Both the position numbers and the translations under genes were made by a program. A stretch of DNA of 33,263 bases from Armatimonadia bacterium (GTDB taxonomy: Bacteria > Armatimonadota > Zipacnadia > Zipacnadales > UBA11051): assembly GCA_039683575.1 (NCBI GenBank), contig JBDKRC010000206.1, positions 1 through 33,263 of the forward strand, read 5' to 3'. Under the pieces are notes generated by a model, which did no database searches, had not been told where the DNA came from, and worked only from the letters and a program-made list of their open reading frames with translations. Shown here piece after piece: positions 7,827 to 15,605 of this stretch. Each line of letters starts with the position of its first letter. The stretch's first letter is position 1.

Positions 7827-9371
7827 CTACGCTTCTTCGCTGGCTTCGTCGGCTGGCTTCTCCTCGGCTTCTACAGCCTCTTCCGCCGGAGCCTCTTCCG
7901 CCGGAGCCTCTTCCGCCGGAGCCTCTTCCGCTTCTTCGGCTATCTCCGCCGCAGCCTTAGCAGCTTCTTCCGCTGCCGCCGCCGCAGCAGCCTCTTCCTC
8001 GGCCTTGGCCTTCTCTTCGGCAGCCTTGCGCTCTTCTTCCTTGATCTCGTCATACCGCTCGCGCGATACGTCCTCGATGTCGGCCTTGGCGATGAGCGCG
8101 GCCAGCGTCAGGCGGCGCTCAGCACGGGTCTTGAGCTGGTCCTGGAAGTCTTCCCGCAACTCCAATGACTGCTGCACGAAGTCGGTCTCGAGATTGTTCT
8201 CTGCCGCAAACAGGGTGACTTCTTCGGCGATCTCGTCATCGCCGATTTCGATCCCCTCGGCCTTGGTCAGCGCGTCCAGCACCAGTTCCACCTTTACAGC
8301 CATCTCCGCACGCACCATCTCGCGCTGTTCGAGCGTTTCCTGGTCAACGCCGACGATCTGCATGAAGTCCTGCAGGCTCATGCCGCTCTGCTGCAACTCC
8401 TGTACCAGACCGCCGAGGTTGCTCCGCGCCATCCGCTTGACGAGCGTCTCGGGCATGTCGATCTCGGTATCGCGTACAACCGCACCCAGCGCGTCGTTTT
8501 CGAGCGCCTTGTTGCTCTCCTCGACGTTCTTCTTCTCGAGGTCTTCGCGCGTCTTGGTCTGCAGGTCCTCGAGGCTCTCGTAGTCGCCCTGGGACTTGGC
8601 GAATTCGTCGTCCAGCTCAGGCAGAATCTTCTGCTTGATGGTCTTGATCGTGGCCTTGATGACGCCCTTCTTGCCGCGCAGTTCCTCGTTCTCGTCATCC
8701 TCGGCAAATTCGCGGGGCAGTTCGACGGTCTCGCCGGCCTTGTGGTCGATCATGGCTTCGTCAATGGCGGGCTGATAGCGGCCGCTGCCGACCTCGATCT
8801 CCTGGTCGGAACCCTTCTCCGGCTCCTCCTCGCCCTCCATGACCATCTTGACTTCGGCCTCGACGATATCGCCCTTCTCGACGACCTCGCGGTCCTCGAC
8901 CGGGACGACTTTCCCGGCGGCTTCGCGCATCTGCTCGAGCACGCCAGCGACCTGCTCATCAGTTACGGTGGCGTCCTTGCGGTAGAGCTTCAGGCCTTCG
9001 TAGCTGGGCAGCGCGGGCTCGGGTCGCACGGTGACCTTGATGTTCAGTTCGACCGGCTGGCCCTCGACTACCTCGAGTTCGTCCATCTCGGGGAACTCGG
9101 GCTCGTCAATGACCTGGAGTTCTTCCTTGTCAAGCTCCGGTTGGACGTAGGTCTCCACGGCCTTCATCCAGAAGGCGCTGCGGATGATCTCCGGCTTGTA
9201 GCGGCGCTTGATCACCGAGGCGGGAGCCTTCCCGGGGCGGAAGCCCGGAATGGCGGCGTCCCGTGCAAATTCGTTGTAGACTTTGCTAAAGGTAGCCTGA
9301 ACGTCCTGCGCATCGAACTTGAACGTCATGTCCAGGCGACTGCCTGGCAGCTTAGAGGTTGACAGCTCCAA
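7827..9371 (-). CDS. tig: Trigger factor with a long acidic Ala/Glu C-terminal tail
   Basis: Ribosome-binding signature PGFRPGKAP and PELDDEFAK; position upstream of clpP-clpX. The TTG start at 9371 has SD GGAGAG (the ORF track starts at ATG 9410). Confidence 0.93.
   Translation of the reverse strand: MELSTSKLPGSRLDMTFKFDAQDVQATFSKVYNEFARDAAIPGFRPGKAPASVIKRRYKPEIIRSAFWMKAVETYVQPELDKEELQVIDEPEFPEMDELEVVEGQPVELNIKVTVRPEPALPSYEGLKLYRKDATVTDEQVAGVLEQMREAAGKVVPVEDREVVEKGDIVEAEVKMVMEGEEEPEKGSDQEIEVGSGRYQPAIDEAMIDHKAGETVELPREFAEDDENEELRGKKGVIKATIKTIKQKILPELDDEFAKSQGDYESLEDLQTKTREDLEKKNVEESNKALENDALGAVVRDTEIDMPETLVKRMARSNLGGLVQELQQSGMSLQDFMQIVGVDQETLEQREMVRAEMAVKVELVLDALTKAEGIEIGDDEIAEEVTLFAAENNLETDFVQQSLELREDFQDQLKTRAERRLTLAALIAKADIEDVSRERYDEIKEEERKAAEEKAKAEEEAAAAAAAEEAAKAAAEIAEEAEEAPAEEAPAEEAPAEEAVEAEEKPADEASEEA
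7876..7931. repeat. 15-bp coding tandem repeat (EEAPA x3 plus a partial) in the tig tail
   Basis: GCCTCTTCCGCCGGA occurs at 7876, 7891 and 7906, with a partial copy at 7921. Confidence 0.9.
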
Positions 9372-9466
9372 CGTAATCTCTCCCAACTGTTCCCGTAACT
9401 CGGGGGGCATAGAAACTTACGCCGCCCCGCGGGTGGGCGACGTTACAGGTCTGCGTAAGACTACCT

Positions 9467-9475
9467 ACTATACCA
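9467..9475 (-). promoter_or_regulatory. Candidate extended -10 promoter for tig-clpP-clpX
   Basis: The minus strand reads TGG-TATAGT about 95 nt upstream of the tig start. No convincing -35 is present. Confidence 0.45.
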
Positions 9476-9535
9476 CAAGCCACTCACCACATGCCAGTAC
9501 ATTTTCCAGCCTTTGGGGCCCTGTTAGCGAACGTC

Positions 9536-9619
9536 TGGTGGGCGCGGGGAGACTTGAACTCCCACGGGTTGCCCCACATGATCCTAAATCATGCATGTCT
9601 GCCATTCCATCACGCGCCC
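9536..9619 (-). tRNA. tRNA-Leu(TAG)
   Basis: Acceptor GGGCGCG/CGCGCCC-A-CCA, anticodon arm CATGA-TTTAGGA-TCATG, long variable arm, T loop TTCAAGT. Confidence 0.96.
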
Positions 9620-9631
9620 AGAACTGCATCG

Positions 9632-9661
9632 AGTATAGCATACATAACAAAAACTCCACAA
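9632..9661 (-). promoter_or_regulatory. Candidate promoter for tRNA-Leu
   Basis: Minus strand TTGTGG-N18-TATACT with an extended -10 (TGC-TATACT) 12 nt upstream of the tRNA. Confidence 0.55.
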
Positions 9662-9678
9662 CCTGGGGTTGTGGAGTT
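9646..9678 (-). terminator. Intrinsic terminator after tRNA-Lys
   Basis: Perfect 12-bp stem AACTCCACAACC/GGTTGTGGAGTT, ending in TTTTTGTT on the minus strand. Confidence 0.8.
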
Positions 9679-9689
9679 GAAATCATGTT

Positions 9690-9765
9690 TGGTACACCGG
9701 GTAGGATTCGAACCTACGACCTTGGGATTAAGAGTCCCCTGCTCTACCAGCTAAGCTACCGGTGC
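9690..9765 (-). tRNA. tRNA-Lys(CTT)
   Basis: GCACCGGTAGCTTAGCTGGTAGAGC...CTCTTAA...GGTTCGAATCC...ACCA. 76 nt. Confidence 0.96.
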
Positions 9766-9786
9766 ACTCGTCTCACTGACGGGGCT

Positions 9787-9815
9787 ATTTTACCCCATCT
9801 CTCCGCAAAAGACAA
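9787..9815 (-). promoter_or_regulatory. Sigma70-type internal promoter for tRNA-Lys
   Basis: Minus strand TTGTCT-N17-TAAAAT. Confidence 0.7.
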
Positions 9816-9835
9816 CCCATCTTCGCATCGAAAAA

Positions 9836-9912
9836 TGGCGCGCCTGGAGGGATTCGAACCCCCGACACCCGGATCCGAAGTCCGGTGCTCTAATCCACTG
9901 AGCTACAGACGC
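9836..9912 (-). tRNA. tRNA-Arg(TCG)
   Basis: Anticodon arm CCGGA-CTTCGGA-TCCGG, GGTTCGAATCC T arm, encoded CCA. 77 nt. Confidence 0.95.
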
Positions 9913-9947
9913 GGCCGAACTTCGCCCCGCGGGGCCGGCAAAATCTT

Positions 9948-10023
9948 TGGGGTGGACGAAGGGAATCGAACCCTCAACCCCTTGAGCCACAGTCAAGTGC
10001 TCTGCCGTTGAGCTACGTCCACC
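9948..10023 (-). tRNA. tRNA-His(GTG)
   Basis: Encoded G-1 opposite C73, anticodon arm CTTGA-CTGTGGC-TCAAG, CCA end. Confidence 0.96.
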
Positions 10024-10028
10024 ATTGG

Positions 10029-10124
10029 TCGGTTGTCAGTTGCCAGTCATCAGTCGTCAGTTCTGGGGAGGAGCTTGCTGGGGCCGAGCTCTGAAAACTG
10101 GAAACTGCCAACTGTAGACTGAAA
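10029..10124. repeat. Inverted heptamer-repeat array forming a long imperfect hairpin in the tRNA-Arg/tRNA-His spacer
   Basis: Left arm TCGGTTG TCAGTTG CCAGTCA TCAGTCG TCAGTTC; right arm TCTGAAA ACTGGAA ACTGCCA ACTGTAG ACTGAAA (CAGT versus ACTG cores with a 7-nt period). Confidence 0.75.
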
Positions 10125-10200
10125 TGGCACGCCCGGCCCGATTCGAACGGGCGACCAGCTGCTTAGAAGGCAGCTGCTCTATCCTCTGAGCTACGGGCGC
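10125..10200 (-). tRNA. tRNA-Arg(TCT)
   Basis: Anticodon arm GCTGC-CTTCTAA-GCAGC, CCA end. 76 nt. Confidence 0.96.
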
Positions 10201-10210
10201 AGGTCACTTC

Positions 10211-10286
10211 TGGAGCGGGCGACGAGATTCGAACTCGCGACATTCAGCTTGGAAGGCTGACGCTCTACCAACTGAGCTACACCCGC
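10211..10286 (-). tRNA. tRNA-Gly(TCC)
   Basis: GCGGGTGTAGCTCAG..., anticodon arm TCAGC-CTTCCAA-GCTGA, U73-CCA. Confidence 0.96.
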
Positions 10287-10349
10287 AGCACACTAACAAC
10301 AAAGCCAGCGCAGCCGACACGCCGGCCCATACTCTATTTATGACACGCC

Positions 10350-10427
10350 TGGTCGGGGCGGTCGGACTCGAACCGACGGCCTTCGGCTCCCAAAGCCGAC
10401 GCGCTAGCCAAACTGCGCCACGCCCCG
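10350..10427 (-). tRNA. tRNA-Pro(TGG)
   Basis: CGGGGCG acceptor, anticodon arm TCGGC-TTTGGGA-GCCGA, A73-CCA. Confidence 0.96.
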
Positions 10428-10456
10428 AATAAGCCCTTGGCCGCCGCGTGCAGTAT

Positions 10457-10485
10457 AGTATAGCCAAACGATATAGCCTAGTCAA
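10457..10485 (-). promoter_or_regulatory. Strong sigma70 promoter of the tRNA operon
   Basis: Minus strand TTGACT-N17-TATACT followed by GC-rich sequence, typical of stable-RNA promoters. Confidence 0.85.
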
Positions 10486-10583
10486 GAAAGTTCAAGTGCG
10501 TTTTTGAGCGGTGCCGCAAGCAGGTTGTGCCCGTGGTTCCGGCGAACCGTTGCCAGCAAGTCCGGTCCTTCTGGGAGGCCACC

Positions 10584-12488
10584 ATGAAGCGCGCCGCAGC
10601 CATCAGCCTAGCCATCTTTGCCTGTGCTCTCTGTCTGGCGCAGCCCCCCAGCGCCTATACGCCGAAGGTCGGCGCATACCCCTGGCACGACCGCGTCAAT
10701 CAGTGGGCCATCAGCGTGCTACCGGAAAAGTACGCCACCGACAAGCCAATTCCCCAGCAAAGCTGCAATGCCCGGAATGTGGTGCTGCCTGCGGGTACCA
10801 CGAAGATCACTCTCGCCGTGCTCGATAAGCAGCTCGCCGAGTTCCTTGAGAAACAGCCGCGTGCTACAGACACGGGGGACAAGCTGGAGATCAAGTCCGG
10901 CGCTGCCACCCTTGCCTACGCCATAGTGACCGTGGAGCAGCCCGAGGCGGAACTCAAGCACTCGTGGATGAGTGCGGGGCTGATTCTTCTGGCGCTGGAG
11001 CCGCCTTTGGCCGCAGGGACTACGGCTCCCACCGCTCCCGTGCAGCCCGCGGTAACGCCTGCAGCCGTTCCGCAGTCTGTCACGGCGGGCTCCTATGCCC
11101 CTGCCAACCAGGCCGCACCATGGCATGACCGGGTGGGCAGGTGGGTCATCAACAAGCTTCCGGCCGACTACGCCAACCTCCCGCCTGTGCCGCAGCAGAG
11201 TTGCGAGGCCAAGAGCCTCGTCCTGCCGCCCGGGACGAAGCAAGTCACCGTGGCGGTGTCGGATGGGGATCTGGCTGAGTTCCAGAAACGCTACCCGCAG
11301 ATCAAGGACACCGGCCAGAAGCTCAGCATCGAGCCGCCAGGCGGCGGCAGTGGACTACCCTATAGTATTGTCATCTTCCCGGATCCGCCCGAGAAGGGCG
11401 AATTCCGCGACTTCGCCAAGGGAGGCCTCGTCCTGCTCAAGGTTGGCGATGCCCCCGCGGCCGCACCCACACCCGCAACGCAGCCAGTAGTTACAGGAGC
11501 CAAGAACGTGTTAGCCCAGGAACAGGAATTCGTCGCTCAGGAGTGGCCGATCAAGCCGGGTGAGCGCAAGGTCAAGATGTTCGTGCAGGAGCCAGCGGCC
11601 GGGATCAACAGCAACACCGGCCTGATGCTGGTGCTGCACAACTGGGGCGGGGTCTACAACTCCGGTGAGTACCTGAAGTGGTGCAAGACCTTCGCGGATC
11701 GCTACAACGTGGTCGCGATGTCGGTCAACTATCTGCAGAGCGGCCAGGACTGGAAAGCCGCCTTGCCGTATGACCACGGGTACCTACAGGCCATGGACTG
11801 CATCCGCGCCCTGTACACGGTCCAGAAGCAGCTCAAGGACAAGGGCATCGCCTTCAACGAGCGCCGCGTGTACTCGATGGGCGGCAGCGGGGGTGGCAAT
11901 GTGACCGAGATGGTGATGAAGCTTGCTCCGCATACCTTCGCCTGCGGTGTGGATATCTGCGGGATGCCCGGCCTGATAGACGGGATCGCTTACGGTACCG
12001 GCGAATGGGGCACCAGCCTCAACGCGGGCTACTCCAAGGACCCCAAGAGCCCGGCCTACCTGAGCCAGGACATGCAGGAAATCCGCGATTTCGGCAATCT
12101 CGCTCACTGCAAGCTGCTCAAAGCGGCCAATCCGAACCTCAAGATCGTGATCGTCCACGGCACCGAGGACGGTAGCTGCCCGGTCGTCCCCAAGATCAGG
12201 CAGTACTCCAACATGATCGAAGCGGGGCTGCAGGCCGATGCGCACTTCCTGACCGCCGCCGACGTAGACGGAGCAGTGATCACCACCACCGGCCACGCGG
12301 TGGGCGACCGCGAGCAGGTGGTCGTCAAGTTTGCGGATGAGTACATCAAAGAAGCGGGCAAGTATGCCAAGGCCTCGCCTGGTCCCAGCGACTTCACCCG
12401 TGGCGGAACGTTCGAATACCCAACCAGTGGCGGCAAGTACATCATAGACTTCACGGCCGCGCCGACGATCAGGTTTGAGGGCAAGTAG
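10584..12488 (+). CDS. Secreted alpha/beta hydrolase (DUF2920-like) with two tandem N-terminal repeat domains
   Basis: SD GGAGG and ATG 10584 begin a signal peptide. LHNWGG, nucleophile elbow GGSGGG, HGTED (Asp) and TGH (His) are present, plus a duplicated PWHDR...PQQSC...DTG.KL.I module. Confidence 0.7.
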   Translation: MKRAAAISLAIFACALCLAQPPSAYTPKVGAYPWHDRVNQWAISVLPEKYATDKPIPQQSCNARNVVLPAGTTKITLAVLDKQLAEFLEKQPRATDTGDKLEIKSGAATLAYAIVTVEQPEAELKHSWMSAGLILLALEPPLAAGTTAPTAPVQPAVTPAAVPQSVTAGSYAPANQAAPWHDRVGRWVINKLPADYANLPPVPQQSCEAKSLVLPPGTKQVTVAVSDGDLAEFQKRYPQIKDTGQKLSIEPPGGGSGLPYSIVIFPDPPEKGEFRDFAKGGLVLLKVGDAPAAAPTPATQPVVTGAKNVLAQEQEFVAQEWPIKPGERKVKMFVQEPAAGINSNTGLMLVLHNWGGVYNSGEYLKWCKTFADRYNVVAMSVNYLQSGQDWKAALPYDHGYLQAMDCIRALYTVQKQLKDKGIAFNERRVYSMGGSGGGNVTEMVMKLAPHTFACGVDICGMPGLIDGIAYGTGEWGTSLNAGYSKDPKSPAYLSQDMQEIRDFGNLAHCKLLKAANPNLKIVIVHGTEDGSCPVVPKIRQYSNMIEAGLQADAHFLTAADVDGAVITTTGHAVGDREQVVVKFADEYIKEAGKYAKASPGPSDFTRGGTFEYPTSGGKYIIDFTAAPTIRFEGK

Positions 12489-12553
12489 ACTGCGCATCCG
12501 AGGAAGCCAACATCGATGGATGGTTTCCCCTTCAATACAAGGTGGCGATTGTC

Positions 12554-14155
12554 GTGACTGACGTTAAGTACTTCGACGCGTGCTGCATTCTTGGTCGGTC
12601 CCTCCGAACGTCCGACGGTGCCCCCTGCACCCCAGACACTCTTTTGGCCGCTCTGGACCAGTTTGGTGTTCAGGAGGCACTCGTCCTCGACAGTATGTCC
12701 TTCACGAACCCGATGAAGGGCAACCGCCGCATTGTCGAGGTCACACGCCGCCAGCCGCGCCTGCACCCGGCGTGGACGCTGCTGCTGCCGCATAGCCGTG
12801 AGTTTCCGCCGGCAGACGAGCTTGTGGCCGAGATGCGGGAGGCGGGCGTTGGGGCCGCGTGGCTGTTCTACAACCACTTTGCCCTGCCGCTCACCGATTG
12901 GGCCACCGACGAACTCCTGGATGCGTTAGCACAGGCAGGAGTGCCCCTGTTTTTGAGCCCCGACAGCACCATGGACGGAGGCACGGATCGTACCGACTGG
13001 CGTGGGGTTGTTGACCTCTGCCGTCGCCACGCGACCCTGCAGGTGATTGTCAGCGAAAGCCGCATCTATCGCAGCCAGCGCGCGCTGTACGAGGCCCTCG
13101 CCGCCTGCCCGAATCTTCACGTCGATCTCTCCTCAATCTGGTTGCACCACCGCATCGAGTTCATCGCGCGCGAGTTTGGCGCCGAGCGCCTCGTCTGGGC
13201 CTCCCATCTGCCGGACCGCACCCCCGGCTCGCCACTCATGCAGCTCAACTACTCCGATCTGAATGAGACCGACCTCGCCGACATCGCCGGGGGCAACCTC
13301 CGCCGCATGATGGGCTGGAATCCGAACCTCAGCTTTGCCGATGAGGTGGCACTACCCGAGCCAGTTGATACGCTGCACCGCAAGGTCCGACTTCGCGAGC
13401 CCCTGAACGACGAGAAGTTCTACGACTGCCATGGCCACATCGGCTGGGCCGATCCCTACCACGTGGTCAACGACAGCCCGGCCGACCTGGTCGCCGAGAT
13501 GGACAAATTCGGTCTCGACGCCTGCTGCGTCTTCGGTATGCAGATCATGGGCGACAATAACTTCTCCAATGACGAAACCGCAGAGATGCTCGCCGCGTAC
13601 CCCAACCGCTTCATTGGTTTCACCTTCATCAACCCCAACTACGGCGAGCGTCTGATGCTTGAGGAGCTGGAGCGCGGCGTGACCCTCGGCATGCAGGGCG
13701 TCAAGCTGCTGCCCAGCTCATACGGCGCCTATCCCGTGGACGGTCCCGGCATCGAGGTCCCGGTCCGCTGGGCCCATGAGCACCACCAGATCATCCTCAG
13801 CCACACTTGGGGCAGCGCTGACCGCCTGCGCGACCTTTGCACGCGCTATCCCAACGCCTGCTTCATCTCCGGGCATTCCACCACGGCCTTCGTGGAGTTG
13901 TGCAAGGAAGTGGACAACGTCTACATCTGCACTTGTCCGTTCCTGGCGTGGAACCAGACCGAGCAGTACGTTGATCTCTACGGTGCCGACCGCATTCTCT
14001 TCGGCTCAGACCTGACCGACCTCCCGATAGGGTGGGGGATGGGGCAGATCATGTACGCCAATATCAGTGAAGAAGACAAGCGGAAGATACTGGGGGGGAA
14101 CCTGCTTCGCATCATGGAGCAGTACAACACGTATCCCAAGGGCTGGACCCGGTAG
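12554..14155 (+). CDS. Amidohydrolase_2 family protein with two tandem TIM-barrel domains
   Basis: Two GAERLVWAS/GADRILFGSD and IAGGNL/ILGGNL motifs; the second domain has DCHGH. GTG start at 12554 follows AGGTGG (alternative start 12542). Confidence 0.8.
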   Translation: MTDVKYFDACCILGRSLRTSDGAPCTPDTLLAALDQFGVQEALVLDSMSFTNPMKGNRRIVEVTRRQPRLHPAWTLLLPHSREFPPADELVAEMREAGVGAAWLFYNHFALPLTDWATDELLDALAQAGVPLFLSPDSTMDGGTDRTDWRGVVDLCRRHATLQVIVSESRIYRSQRALYEALAACPNLHVDLSSIWLHHRIEFIAREFGAERLVWASHLPDRTPGSPLMQLNYSDLNETDLADIAGGNLRRMMGWNPNLSFADEVALPEPVDTLHRKVRLREPLNDEKFYDCHGHIGWADPYHVVNDSPADLVAEMDKFGLDACCVFGMQIMGDNNFSNDETAEMLAAYPNRFIGFTFINPNYGERLMLEELERGVTLGMQGVKLLPSSYGAYPVDGPGIEVPVRWAHEHHQIILSHTWGSADRLRDLCTRYPNACFISGHSTTAFVELCKEVDNVYICTCPFLAWNQTEQYVDLYGADRILFGSDLTDLPIGWGMGQIMYANISEEDKRKILGGNLLRIMEQYNTYPKGWTR

Positions 14156-14208
14156 AGTCCAGCAGTCAGCCGGCGGTTGACGGGCACTCAACAACGGAAG
14201 GTGGCACC

Positions 14209-14596
14209 ATGAACCAGCCCTTCCGCTGCAAGACCCTTTGTGGTGGTCGGCCTGCTCCCGCTTCCGCACTCCCTGGCCGAACTGGTTAACATCGGCACGC
14301 TGCTCGCCTTCGTGATCGTCTGCGTCGTGGTCCTGGTACTGCGGCGCACTAACCCTGACGTCGAGCGCCCACTTCGCTGTCCGTGGGTACCAGTCATTCC
14401 GATCCTGGGCACCCTCTTTTGTCTCATACTCATGTTCTCGCTACCCACCGAGAACTGGCTCCGCCTTGGCGTGTGGCTCGTGGTGGGATTGCTCGTCTAC
14501 GTCCTCTCTAGCCGCCGCAACAGCCGCCTTGCCCGCGAAGCCAGCGTCGCGTGTCCCACGCAGGCCTCGACGGGCGCATCCGCCGATACTATCTGA
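14209..14596 (+). pseudogene. APC-family amino acid permease pseudogene (large internal deletion with frameshift)
   Basis: SD and ATG 14209 give MNQPFRCKTL, a permease-like N-terminus, which stops at 14289. A different frame from 14240 encodes only the permease C-terminus (LAELVNIGTLLAF...LRRTNPDVERPLRCPWVP...WLRLGVWLVVGLLVY...RRNSRL). Confidence 0.8.
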
Positions 14597-14608
14597 GGAT
14601 CACCCATC

Positions 14609-15544
14609 ATGCCTGCTTTCGACGTCCTCGCCGTTGGCGATCTCAACATAGACCTCATCCTCGGTGTTAACGCCCTGCCAGAGTTTGGGCGGGAGGTGCT
14701 GGCGAGCTCCCTCAGCCAGCACGCCGGCGGTGTCGCGGCCAACTTTGCTTCCTACTGCGTTCGCCTGGGCCTGAAGGTCGCTCTTGTTTCACGGGTTGGC
14801 CGTGATGACTTCGGCGATTTCCTGCTCGCCCGCATGGCTGAGATCGGCGTCTGCACGGATTACATCGTCCGTGACGATACCCTCAGCACTGGCGTCACGG
14901 TCTCCCTCTCGGGGCCCCGCGACCGCGCCTTCGTCACTCATCTTGGCACGATTGACTCCCTGACCGGCGCGGATCTGCCCGACGAACTCCTGGCCGCGAC
15001 CCGCCTCGTTCACGTAGGCAGCTATTTCCTGCAGAAGAAGCTCCAGCCGGACTTGCCGGGCGCCCTCGCACGCGCCCATGCCGCCGGGGCTCTCACCTCC
15101 CTCGACACCGGCTATGACCCATACGAGACCTGGGACACCGGCCTGTCGCAGGTCCTCCCCCATGTGGACCTCTTCCTACCGAATGAAATCGAAATCAGCG
15201 CCATTACCCACGCCTCCGACCCCCTTACCGGCGCCAAACAGCTTGCTGCCGAGGGCCCGGGGGTGGCTCTCAAGCTCGGGGGGGCGGGGTCGCACTTCGT
15301 TACGGCGGACAATGCGTTCTCGTCTCAGCCCTACCGCGTCGTCGTCGCCGATACCACCTGCTGCGGCGATTCCTTCGATGCTGGCTTCCTTACGGCGTGG
15401 CTGCAGGGCAAAACGCCGCAGGAATGCCTCCAGTGGGGCAATGCCTGCGGCGCCCTGGTTGCCTCAGCTCCGGGCAATGCCGCCGACCGCCTCTCGCCCG
15501 AGACAGTCCAGCGGGTTCTGACCACCGGCAGCGTGTCCCCCTGA
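14609..15544 (+). CDS. PfkB/ribokinase family carbohydrate kinase
   Basis: VGDLNID, AGGVAAN, VGRDDFG, PNEIE, KLGGAG and DTTCCGDSF. Confidence 0.9.
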   Translation: MPAFDVLAVGDLNIDLILGVNALPEFGREVLASSLSQHAGGVAANFASYCVRLGLKVALVSRVGRDDFGDFLLARMAEIGVCTDYIVRDDTLSTGVTVSLSGPRDRAFVTHLGTIDSLTGADLPDELLAATRLVHVGSYFLQKKLQPDLPGALARAHAAGALTSLDTGYDPYETWDTGLSQVLPHVDLFLPNEIEISAITHASDPLTGAKQLAAEGPGVALKLGGAGSHFVTADNAFSSQPYRVVVADTTCCGDSFDAGFLTAWLQGKTPQECLQWGNACGALVASAPGNAADRLSPETVQRVLTTGSVSP

Positions 15545-15550
15545 GAAAGC

Positions 15551-15576
15551 AAAAAGGGCTCCGTTACCGGAGCCCT
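15551..15576 (-). terminator. Intrinsic terminator between convergent genes
   Basis: AAAAAGGGCTCC-GTTACC-GGAGCCCT, giving a U-tract on the minus strand. Confidence 0.7.
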
Positions 15577-15605
15577 ATGAGCCAATTTGCGTCTGCGAAC
15601 GCGTG

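Noticed and set aside
9423..9933. 11-bp repeat CGCCCCGCGGG at 9423 and 9923 as att sites
   Set aside because: It is short and all GC, it does not copy a tRNA 3' end, and no integrase is present.
9536..10427. Genomic island integrated at a tRNA
   Set aside because: I saw no duplicated tRNA 3' fragment, integrase or mobility gene, and the downstream genes are core (tig-clpP-clpX).
9319..10485. ORFs overlapping the tRNA cluster
   Set aside because: They are chance frames through tRNA genes.
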